A stretch of 34,318 bases of DNA from Candidatus Pacearchaeota archaeon CG10_big_fil_rev_8_21_14_0_10_32_14 (GTDB lineage Archaea; Nanobdellota; Nanobdellia; Pacearchaeales; GW2011-AR1). Numbering within the stretch: the first letter of the stretch is position 1; every line of letters begins with the position of its first letter. The notes beneath the pieces are model-generated. The model did not search any database. It was not told the DNA's origin and saw only the letters and a program-made list of their open reading frames with translations. The position numbers and the translations under genes are program-made. Below are positions 17,493 through 24,617 of the stretch, piece by piece. The stretch covers positions 1 through 34,318 of the forward strand of contig PFCY01000075.1 in NCBI GenBank assembly GCA_002763085.1. Direction: 5' to 3'.

Positions 17493-17698
17493 CGCCCCCA
17501 CCGGGATTCGAACCCGGGTCACGGCCGATCTTCTCAACCTTTCTTATAATTCGCGTTAGCGATCTCTTTAGGAGAGGTTTTGTCGAGCGACTTCACGAAG
17601 GACTTTTATTATCAATCCCAAGTGGGGTCGCAAGTAGGAGAACCTTAGGTTCTCCAGCGTTGAAAGGGCCGCATTCTTGGCCTCTAAACTATAGGGGC
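17493..17698 (-). tRNA. tRNA-Glu(UUC) with 133-nt intron (exons 17661-17698 and 17493-17527)
   Basis: Hand-folded. Acceptor GCCCCTA/TGGGGGC, D stem GTTT/GAAT, anticodon stem CGGCC/GGCCG, loop CTTTCA|C, variable TGAC, T arm CCGGG-TTCGAAT-CCCGG, discriminator G. No CCA encoded. The exact splice junction (37/38) is assumed, and a BHB motif was not verified. Confidence 0.8.
17584..17631 (+). repeat. GC-rich hairpin repeat family copy 3 (inside the tRNA-Glu intron)
   Basis: Left arm cgagcgacttcacgaag. Stem gcgacttc (17587-17594) pairs with ggggtcgc (17624-17631). Homologous to 17961-18012. Confidence 0.7.
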
Positions 17699-17700
17699 AT

Positions 17701-17813
17701 GCGTGATTTATATTTGCTCCTTAAATCTAGGCTAAGAATGTTTGCATTCTTGGTCTCTCGTTTGGATTTATACGAACGAGGTATCAGTTTACTGATGCCT
17801 AAACTATAGGGGC
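17701..17813 (-). pseudogene. Duplicated 5' portion of tRNA-Glu with inserted hairpins (tRNA fragment)
   Basis: GCCCCTATAGTTTAG (identical 15-mer) and CCAAGAATGC recur 115 nt upstream of the intact tRNA. About 42 nt of two hairpins (ATCAG/CTGAT, CTCGTT/AACGAG) are inserted in the D-loop position. No matching anticodon stem or T arm. Confidence 0.5.
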
Positions 17814-17835
17814 ATAAAATAAGTTACAAAAAATA

Positions 17836-17844
17836 GTTTTTAAA
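17836..17844 (-). promoter_or_regulatory. TATA box (ttttaaaaa on the minus strand) upstream of the tRNA fragment
   Basis: Centred about 27 nt upstream of position 17813. Matches the ttttaaaaa-type boxes seen before protein genes. Confidence 0.45.
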
Positions 17845-17960
17845 AGCTTCTGTATTGTTGAGGCAACTTCCCAATTGCACATAAATTTCCTTTGGAAGGT
17901 TTTTATTTATTTGAAAAGTTATCATCTTAATACTATCGTAACAAAGAAATCCAAGCGTAA

Positions 17961-18049
17961 GCCGAGCAAGTTCACGAAGATGAAATATAGATATCCATTC
18001 CGAGTGGGCTTGGGAGTTGAATTTCTGAGCATTTAATCTGCGAAGCAGC
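17961..18049 (+). repeat. GC-rich hairpin repeat family copy 4 plus the gagcatttaatctgcgaagcagc block
   Basis: Stem caagttc (17967-17973) pairs with gggcttg (18006-18012). The block at 18027-18049 matches 8893-8910 and 10184-10201. Confidence 0.65.
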
Positions 18050-18089
18050 TAATGCCCCAGTTAAAGGGCGTACTTTAGATGTATTCAAA

Positions 18090-18251
18090 TTATCCAAGAG
18101 CATAAATAAAGGGGCTCAACACCGAGCTCTGTCCGAATATTATCAAAACCCCGACTAAAACTAACATTAAAATAATCGGAAGCAACCACCATTTCTTTCT
18201 GATTCTAAGATAACTCCAAAGTTCACTTATCATCCCTTTATTCTCTGACAT
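18090..18251 (-). CDS. DUF5989-like small membrane protein (not in ORF track, 53 aa)
   Basis: MSENKGMISELWSYLRIRKKWWLLPIILMLVLVGVLIIFGQSSVLSPFIYALG. The pattern LWxxLRxRKKxWLLPIIL...PFIY is typical of DUF5989 proteins found next to NodU-type carbamoyltransferases. Confidence 0.65.
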   Translation of the reverse strand: MSENKGMISELWSYLRIRKKWWLLPIILMLVLVGVLIIFGQSSVLSPFIYALG

Positions 18252-18287
18252 ATTATCATAAAAAAATGCCTCTTTATTAATTTTTCT

Positions 18288-20048
18288 CTAATCTTTCGCC
18301 AGTTTCTCACTATCCCAAAAATCAACTGGATTGTCATCTCTCTTTATCAAATACGATCCAATAACTAAATAATCAATTCCAGTTCCCATCATGCATCTAT
18401 ACGCATCAAAAGGAGTGCAGACAATCGGTTCTCCTCGAATATTAAAAGAAGTATTTATCAAAATTGGAATCCCAGAAAGATTCCCAAATTTTTTAATTAG
18501 ATCGTAATACAATTTATTCTGATTTCTTCGAACGGTTTGTAATCTCCCGCTCCCATCGACATGCGTTACCGCCGGAATTTTTGACCGCCACTTTTTTTTA
18601 ACAGGATATACCATCAACATATAATCGGTTGAGTATGGCAAAGGCAGATCAATATTAAAATATCTTTCAGCATCATCGTCACAAACAACTGGTGCAAAAG
18701 GTCTAAACTTTTCTCTGTGTTTAACTTTAAGATTCAATACTTCTTGCATATTTTTATTACAAGGATTTGATAAAATACTTCTTGCTCCAAGTGCACGAGG
18801 ACCCCACTCCATTCCAAGCTGAAACCATCCCACAACATTATTTTTGTAAATTAATTCGGAAACATTATCTAATAATTCTTTATCATTTTCAAAGGCAGTA
18901 TAATTAATTTTATTGTTATCTAAAAATATTTTTATTTCAGCATCACTAAATTGTGGTCCTAAATAAGCATCTGTTAACTTGTATTTTCTTTTATTTTTTA
19001 ATATACCATAATACACAAATAATGCGGCACCCATAGATGTGCCCCCATCACCTGGATCAGGATTTATCCATATGTTCTTAAATGGAGTATTATTCAGTAT
19101 TTTACCATTAGCGACGCTGTTTAAAGCGACCCCTCCAGATAAAACGACACTCTTGCACTTTTTTTCTTTATGCAAATGATTTAAAATTTTAAGAATTACA
19201 TCTTCAGTTATTAATTGAACTGCAGCCGCAATATTTTGGTGTCGCTCATCAATCTCTTCATTTCCTTTTCTGATATGACCATCCAAAAGATCGCATAGCT
19301 TTTTGGAAGGCATTCTATTTAAATAACTATAAGTAAAATATTTTTGATCGAGCCGATAACTGCCATCTTCTTTAATATCAATGACATTCAACAACTTTTT
19401 ATAATAAGGATTTTTTTCTCTATCCATAGATCCATAAGCTGCCAGCCCCATAACTTTATACTCTGAATTATTTACACTAAACCCAAGATAAGCGGTTATC
19501 GTAGAATAAAGTAATCCTAAAGAATGAGGAAAAATTATTTCTTTATCCAATTTAATTTCATTTTTATCTCCCATCCCATATGCTGTTGTTGTCCACTCTC
19601 CAACCCCGTCCATTGTCAAAATCGCAGATTTATTGAATGGAGAAGCAAAAAACGAGGAAGAGGCATGAGCCATATGATGCTCAACAAAAAGAGTTGTTCC
19701 TTTATATCCAAGTTCTTTTTTAACTTTATTTGTAATCCGTAGTTTTTCATTGAACCACGATGGCATATTAGACAAAAATACTTTATAACTTTTAGGGAAA
19801 TAATCTATATGTTGATATAATAATCTTTCAAACTTTAAAAGTGGTTTTTCATAAAATGCGATATAATCTACTTGATCAATGGTTATTCCCGCTTTTTCCA
19901 GACAAAATTCAGCTGAATTTTTTGGAAATGAAGTGTCATGTTTCTTTCTTGTAAATCTTTCTTCCTGCGCAGCTGCAATAACCTCTCCATCTTTCAGTAT
20001 GGTTGCCGACGAATCATGATAAAAACAACTTAGTCCAAGAATATACAT
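18288..20048 (-). CDS. carbamoyltransferase (NodU/CmcH family)
   Basis: MYILGLSCFYHDSSATILKDGEVIAAAQEERFTRKKHD N-terminus (ASKHA-like) plus a C-terminal carbamoyltransferase domain. ATG 20048 is preferred over the ORF-track start 20087. Confidence 0.9.
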   Translation of the reverse strand: MYILGLSCFYHDSSATILKDGEVIAAAQEERFTRKKHDTSFPKNSAEFCLEKAGITIDQVDYIAFYEKPLLKFERLLYQHIDYFPKSYKVFLSNMPSWFNEKLRITNKVKKELGYKGTTLFVEHHMAHASSSFFASPFNKSAILTMDGVGEWTTTAYGMGDKNEIKLDKEIIFPHSLGLLYSTITAYLGFSVNNSEYKVMGLAAYGSMDREKNPYYKKLLNVIDIKEDGSYRLDQKYFTYSYLNRMPSKKLCDLLDGHIRKGNEEIDERHQNIAAAVQLITEDVILKILNHLHKEKKCKSVVLSGGVALNSVANGKILNNTPFKNIWINPDPGDGGTSMGAALFVYYGILKNKRKYKLTDAYLGPQFSDAEIKIFLDNNKINYTAFENDKELLDNVSELIYKNNVVGWFQLGMEWGPRALGARSILSNPCNKNMQEVLNLKVKHREKFRPFAPVVCDDDAERYFNIDLPLPYSTDYMLMVYPVKKKWRSKIPAVTHVDGSGRLQTVRRNQNKLYYDLIKKFGNLSGIPILINTSFNIRGEPIVCTPFDAYRCMMGTGIDYLVIGSYLIKRDDNPVDFWDSEKLAKD

Positions 20049-20049
20049 T

Positions 20050-20319
20050 TTAAAACTGTCTATAATATTCCTCCTTTTCCTTAACACCTAAATTAAATTC
20101 TTCCCAATATGAAGTTTTTTCTTTGTCAATCTTTTCGTTCAAGAATTTTTTACCGGTAATTTTTGCAAATAAAGACGTAGCTCCAACACCAAGAATATAA
20201 ACAATTGAAAGTAGTATTGAATTTATGATTACAGCAATATCATCTCCAAACATTTTCTGACCTTGTTTAAATTTATCGAATTTTTCATTTCTCTTTTTAT
20301 TTATTGATTGTTTTATCAT
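20050..20319 (-). CDS. SxtJ-like membrane protein, C-terminal-half equivalent
   Basis: 89 aa. INSILLSIVYILGVGATSLFAKITGKKFL...TSYWEE...YYRQF resembles the C-terminal part of the SxtJ family as recalled from memory (ends in QF, has SYW). Confidence 0.5.
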   Translation of the reverse strand: MIKQSINKKRNEKFDKFKQGQKMFGDDIAVIINSILLSIVYILGVGATSLFAKITGKKFLNEKIDKEKTSYWEEFNLGVKEKEEYYRQF

Positions 20320-20320
20320 T

Positions 20321-20611
20321 TTATTTTCCCAGCCACGTTTTTATAAATCTGCCAAATATGACGATGAAGCATGATATAGATAATATATGCAAATAGGTCC
20401 AAGAGACAGGAAGTTTTTTAGTCATGGTCAAGATAATAAACAATCCAATTGAAAATATAAAAAGCATCGACAAATAACCTAAAACAACAAAGCTAGTATA
20501 TCTCTTTTTATTATGCATATCCATGATTATCATAAAAAATCCCATTTTATAAGAATTTATATTGTTAAAATAAATACCACTTATAAAGATAAATCTAACA
20601 AATTTTTGCAA
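20321..20611 (-). CDS. small membrane protein (possible SxtJ N-terminal-half equivalent)
   Basis: 96-aa ORF (TTG start in the track, so the real start is probably further in). Two TM helices. Ends 1 nt before the next ORF, in a different frame. Confidence 0.4.
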   Translation of the reverse strand: MQKFVRFIFISGIYFNNINSYKMGFFMIIMDMHNKKRYTSFVVLGYLSMLFIFSIGLFIILTMTKKLPVSWTYLHILSISCFIVIFGRFIKTWLGK

Positions 20612-20679
20612 TACTCCGCATCATTTAAATAGTACTGCAATTTTATTTCAGTACTAAAACATAAATTCAAAAACTTAAA

Positions 20680-21000
20680 ATGACCGTATTAAACTTAACA
20701 GACAAAAATTTCAAAGAAGAAGTTATAGATTCGCTAGTTCCAGTAGTCATAGACTTCTATGCAGATTGGTGCGGACCATGTCGAGCGATGAAACCAGTTT
20801 TTCATTCAGCAAGCGATGAACTTAGTGGAAAAATAAAATTCATGACTCTAGATACTATGCAAGAACAATCTTTAGCCCATCATTTTAACGTAAGAGGAAT
20901 CCCCACTTTTTCCGTCATTAAAAACGGAAAAGAGATTGGACGATTTTCAGGTTTCATGCCAGAGGACATGTTTATTGAAAGACTTCAGGAAATATTATAG
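20680..21000 (+). CDS. trxA: thioredoxin
   Basis: 106 aa. Active site WCGPC. VIDFYADWCGPCRAMKPVF. Confidence 0.9.
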   Translation: MTVLNLTDKNFKEEVIDSLVPVVIDFYADWCGPCRAMKPVFHSASDELSGKIKFMTLDTMQEQSLAHHFNVRGIPTFSVIKNGKEIGRFSGFMPEDMFIERLQEIL

Positions 21001-21013
21001 ACAAAAATTTAAC

Positions 21014-21358
21014 ATGCTCGACTTTGGATGTAAAAAACTTAATATTGAAGATATCATTAGATGCAGCTTCGCACTTTCAAAATCAGACTATAAAATCCTT
21101 TTATTCTTTTTAAAAAATAAAGATTTCGTTTCGACTACAGAAGTCAAAGAAAAACTTAAAATGGATTTAAGCACAGTTTAAAGAGCCACAAAAAAACTTC
21201 ACGAAAAAGATTTACTTGCGCGTCAGCAAAAAAATTTAAGTTCTGGTGGTTACGTTTTTTGTTATAAAATAAAAAGTAAAGACGTGGTTAAAAATAAAAT
21301 TAAAGATATACTTACCGTTTGGACAAAAAATGTTGAATCTTCTTTAGATTTATGGTGA
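21014..21358 (+). pseudogene. small winged-helix (MarR/TrmB-like) regulator interrupted by in-frame TAA
   Basis: MLDFGCKKL...LSKSDYKILLFFLKNKDFVSTTEVKEKLKMDLSTV*RATKKLHEKDLLARQQ...GGYVFCYK. The TAA at 21179-21181 falls inside the recognition helix (typical STVQRALKKL). The frame was verified by hand. Confidence 0.55.
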
Positions 21359-21571
21359 AGGACTTACGAGATTCCAAAGTTTTCGTCTTCCCATGACTTC
21401 TCCTCTATCATCTCTCAATTCACCATCGTAAACAACTTTATAGACTCTCAAAACTTCAGTTCGAGATAATTCATTAAAACTTAGAATTGGTAATTCTTTT
21501 CCCTCTTCATAATCTTGAGCCATACACAGTCCATCAAATGCATATAGACTCTCTTTTTGATGCATAATCAT
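21350..21571 (-). CDS. hypothetical protein
   Basis: 73-aa ORF convergent with the regulator pseudogene. No family recognised. Confidence 0.35.
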   Translation of the reverse strand: MIMHQKESLYAFDGLCMAQDYEEGKELPILSFNELSRTEVLRVYKVVYDGELRDDRGEVMGRRKLWNLVSPSP

Positions 21572-21697
21572 AGAAATAAAACAAGGTTATAAATCTATTC
21601 CTAATTCTTAGATTGAAATTATTTTGATATTCCAAATAAAAAATAGTATATATTTCATAGTATAAAATCTTTTAAAGAAATCTAGTCTAGTTTTAAT

Positions 21698-22810
21698 ATG
21701 AGAAAGAGTATTTCAAGAAGAAATTTTATCCTTACGGGGCTAGCAGGACTTGTTTCTACTTCTTTACCAAATTTAGTTTTGGCGTCAACTCATGAAAATG
21801 GTGCATTAAAAGATGTGGAAATTAGTTCGCAAGAATGGAATCCTCAAGATATAACAAGTTTAATCGAATTACCTTTTTATGTTGATGGCAAGGAGGAAAA
21901 TCAAGCTAAGGGAGAGAAATTTATAAGTACAGACATGTATCAAACGGCTTTGTGCTCTGATGGAGCATTTTCAAGAAACAGACGATGGGTAGTATCACCT
22001 CCTGTTAAAGAATTTTATGGAGATAAATTCAATGGGAGTTTTATATATGATACCGTTTCTGGAAGAGTTTTCAGCCTTGATATAGATCCAAGTTCTAAAG
22101 CATCTCCAAATATTGTCTGTAACGACGGTAGTTTTATAGTAAAATTAAGAGCTAATGAATTTATTTATGGCGACATCAAAAATGGAAGAAAAATAAAACT
22201 TCGAGGTAAATCTGAAAATAATCCGGATTCAATAAAACCTGCACTACTTCAATATTGTAATTTAAGTGACGATGGAAAAGTTATGGCGCTAAATCTAAAA
22301 GAAAGATCTCTCGTTCCACGCGAGTCATGGGAGCTGTTATATTCTCAAGGCAGCACTCGGGCAGTTTATTCTCCTCACTTTTATTTAGTTGATACTCAAT
22401 CATTTACTTTGATTGACCATAACCAGGGAAATTTACTTGTCATGGACGAAGATGCTTCAGTCTTGATCACAAGATCTCAAGGTCTTACGACAAGAGTGGA
22501 TCGAGATCAAGTAAAATCAACACTTATCGGAAACCGAAACGGAAATTATTTTCCAATGATTATAAGTCCAAACGGAAACTTTTGCGCCTATGTTCAAAGA
22601 GATAAATCACCATACTCAACAAGAATTGAGGTCAACTCTACAGGTGCTTTGTATGATATAGAGGGCTTCGTTCCCGATGTTCGAACTATCCAAGACGACG
22701 GAGGTTTTGAATCAATTCAGGGCAAATTCGATTACAAAGACGGAAATTACGTTTCAATTGACTCCTCAGAAAGAACTCACCAAAACATGAAAATCACAAA
22801 ATTAAGATAA
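21698..22810 (+). CDS. secreted protein with twin-arginine (Tat) signal
   Basis: 370 aa. SRRNFILTGLAGLVSTSLPNLVLAS fits the S-R-R-x-F-L Tat consensus. TATA tcttttaaagaaa lies about 24 nt upstream. Beta-rich, possibly propeller-like. Confidence 0.6.
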   Translation: MRKSISRRNFILTGLAGLVSTSLPNLVLASTHENGALKDVEISSQEWNPQDITSLIELPFYVDGKEENQAKGEKFISTDMYQTALCSDGAFSRNRRWVVSPPVKEFYGDKFNGSFIYDTVSGRVFSLDIDPSSKASPNIVCNDGSFIVKLRANEFIYGDIKNGRKIKLRGKSENNPDSIKPALLQYCNLSDDGKVMALNLKERSLVPRESWELLYSQGSTRAVYSPHFYLVDTQSFTLIDHNQGNLLVMDEDASVLITRSQGLTTRVDRDQVKSTLIGNRNGNYFPMIISPNGNFCAYVQRDKSPYSTRIEVNSTGALYDIEGFVPDVRTIQDDGGFESIQGKFDYKDGNYVSIDSSERTHQNMKITKLR

Positions 22811-24394
22811 TTTCTTGACCATATATTCACCATCTAATTCATAACCCATTTTTTTATAATACTCTCGAACTCCAACCCCCGAAATCACCGCAATTTTTTT
22901 GAATCCATTTTTAGAAGAAATTTCTTCCGCTTCTTTCATGAGTTGTTTTCCTAAACCTTGATGCTGAGCAACATTCTCATGTGAAATTGCGGTTTCATTT
23001 TTATTTTTCTTACTATCCGGGGGGGAGAGGGCGAGCGACTTCGTGGTAAGGGGTAAGGAAGTGGAGGTGTGCGAGGTCGCGAGTTGGGGGAAAGTGGAGG
23101 GTTTTGCGAAATCGTTTTTAATCTTTTCAAGTTCCAATGCCTGTCCATAAACATGAAGTTCTCTTACAATCGCGCAATCTTTTAATTCATGAATAAAATT
23201 TCCATTCTTCGACGGAAAACGCAATCGCAAAAGTCCATATAAAATATCTTTATCATCGACAATTTCAAGAAATAATTCTTTACCCCCGCTTGAATCATAT
23301 TCTATAATTTTCAATTTAATATTTTTTCCAAGAATTTTTTGAAAACCAACTTCTCTCATCCTTATTTCTCTCAAATGAATATTATCTTTTTTAAGATCGT
23401 CTTCAATATCTTTTCTCAAATCAAGTTTTTCTATGCCTTGAACGACAAGTTCTTTAGGGATCTCTCTCATTATCCTCATTATCCTGCAATACTCTGGAAT
23501 AAGTTTCATCATCTCTTCAACGACTTTCTTCGTCGTTTTTTCGTCATAAGGTTTGTATCCAGAAACTTTTGCAATTTTTTCTAATGGTGCTCCGGCAACA
23601 ATTTGACAAGGATAAATCTTCAATTGATCGGGTCTGAATCTCTCATCATCAAAAATCATCTTGAATAATTTTATATCTTTTTTTGGATCGCTTCCAGGAA
23701 GACCAGGCATAATATGATACCCCACTTTAAATCCAGCATCTTTTAATCGCTTTGATGCTTCAATAACATCTTGTAAAGTATGTCCTCGATTAATATTCTT
23801 GTAGATTTCATTATCAGGCATTTGAATTCCGATTTCAACTCTCGTCGTCCCGAAACGCAACATCTGTTTTATTTCTTCTTCACTGCAATTATCCGGCCGA
23901 TTTTCTATACAAAGTGCAACAACTCTATGTTGAGCTTTTTCATTAAGTTTTTTCGCCGCTTCAAGTGTTTTAGATCTGACACGTTTTTCAGTGTCTCGCG
24001 ATGCGTATGCGTAATCGCCATTTAAAACGTCATAAGTAGATTTGATCACGTATTCTTGATACTCTTTTTCATACTGCAAAAATGTTCCGCCAAGAATTAT
24101 AACTTCAATCTTATCCGTCGGATGATTCATTTTTACAAGTGCATCAAGTCGAGCAGAAACTTGTTTTACAATATCATAATCAAAAGCCATGGCTCGCATT
24201 ATCGCTGGTGATTTATCTGTATAACTCTGTGGAGTTGTTTCGCCCCCTGGACAATAAACACACGTTCCATGATTGCATTTTCGAGGTTTGAGTACAACAG
24301 TCAAAACTGTAACTCCCGCTTTGCTTCTAACAGGTTTCTTGACGGTCCCTTCTTTGACTTCTTTCTGATAAGTTTGTTGATTTGCGATTTCCAT
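22802..24394 (-). CDS. elp3: Elp3 (radical SAM + GNAT tRNA U34 modification enzyme homolog) carrying a repeat-derived in-frame insertion
   Basis: 530 aa. Cys cluster CNHGTCVYCPGG, VRELHVYGQ, GNAT QHQGLGKQLMKEAEEI. An anomalous S/T/P-rich segment lies between YG and QHQG. Confidence 0.9.
   Translation of the reverse strand: MEIANQQTYQKEVKEGTVKKPVRSKAGVTVLTVVLKPRKCNHGTCVYCPGGETTPQSYTDKSPAIMRAMAFDYDIVKQVSARLDALVKMNHPTDKIEVIILGGTFLQYEKEYQEYVIKSTYDVLNGDYAYASRDTEKRVRSKTLEAAKKLNEKAQHRVVALCIENRPDNCSEEEIKQMLRFGTTRVEIGIQMPDNEIYKNINRGHTLQDVIEASKRLKDAGFKVGYHIMPGLPGSDPKKDIKLFKMIFDDERFRPDQLKIYPCQIVAGAPLEKIAKVSGYKPYDEKTTKKVVEEMMKLIPEYCRIMRIMREIPKELVVQGIEKLDLRKDIEDDLKKDNIHLREIRMREVGFQKILGKNIKLKIIEYDSSGGKELFLEIVDDKDILYGLLRLRFPSKNGNFIHELKDCAIVRELHVYGQALELEKIKNDFAKPSTFPQLATSHTSTSLPLTTKSLALSPPDSKKNKNETAISHENVAQHQGLGKQLMKEAEEISSKNGFKKIAVISGVGVREYYKKMGYELDGEYMVKKLS
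23018..23107 (+). repeat. GC-rich hairpin repeat family copy 2, inserted in frame in elp3 (30 codons)
   Basis: 23029-23058 matches 5598-5627 at 28/30 positions. Stem gcgacttcg (23035-23043) pairs with cgaggtcgc (23072-23080). Translated on the minus strand as AKPSTFPQLATSHTSTSLPLTTKSLALSPP. Confidence 0.8.
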
Positions 24395-24439
24395 ATAAAA
24401 GACTACAAATTTGATTTTAAAAGAGTTTGCAAAATTAGG

Positions 24440-24569
24440 GCTTTGTTGAAAAAATCAAAATAAATGAGCAAGTTCGTTTATTCAATTCACTCTTTCGGGA
24501 GGGCGTGGGAGGGGGAAGGTGGTCGGATTTACGAACTTGCTAGAAATAGAAAAAGATTTTCAACAAAGC
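24440..24569 (+). mobile_element. MITE-like palindromic element (repeat family copy 5)
   Basis: Terminal inverted repeats gctttgttgaaaaaatc (24440-24456) and gattttcaacaaagc (24555-24569). Perfect 11-bp inner stem agcaagttcgt (24467-24477) with acgaacttgct (24531-24541). G-rich loop. Confidence 0.65.
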
Positions 24570-24587
24570 AAATAATTAATTCGCACA

Positions 24588-24599
24588 ATTTAAAAATGA
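24588..24599 (+). promoter_or_regulatory. TATA box (aatttaaaaatg)
   Basis: Centred about 25 nt upstream of ATG 24618. Confidence 0.5.
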
Positions 24600-24617
24600 T
24601 CATTTCCGTCTATTATA

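Noticed and set aside
17528-17660. C/D box sRNA encoded in the tRNA-Glu intron
   Set aside because: Only a weak C-box-like TTGATAA is present, with no CTGA D box at an appropriate distance and no terminal kink-turn pairing.
17345-18287. Integrated element (prophage or plasmid) at the tRNA-Glu gene, as an explanation for the duplicated tRNA segment
   Set aside because: The duplicated segments are only 115 nt apart and involve the 5' part. No integrase or other element genes lie between or nearby.
20049-20087. Upstream starts for the carbamoyltransferase (20087) and the aldolase (6118)
   Set aside because: Both extensions overlap the preceding ORF and add residues not typical of the families. 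MYILGLS (20048) and MKPINLSS (6151) match the usual N-termini.
20936-21013. N-terminal extension of the wHTH ORF overlapping the thioredoxin 3' end (ORF-track start 20936)
   Set aside because: The extension overlaps trxA in another frame and has no homology-like features. ATG 21014, immediately after trxA, gives a typical wHTH N-terminus.
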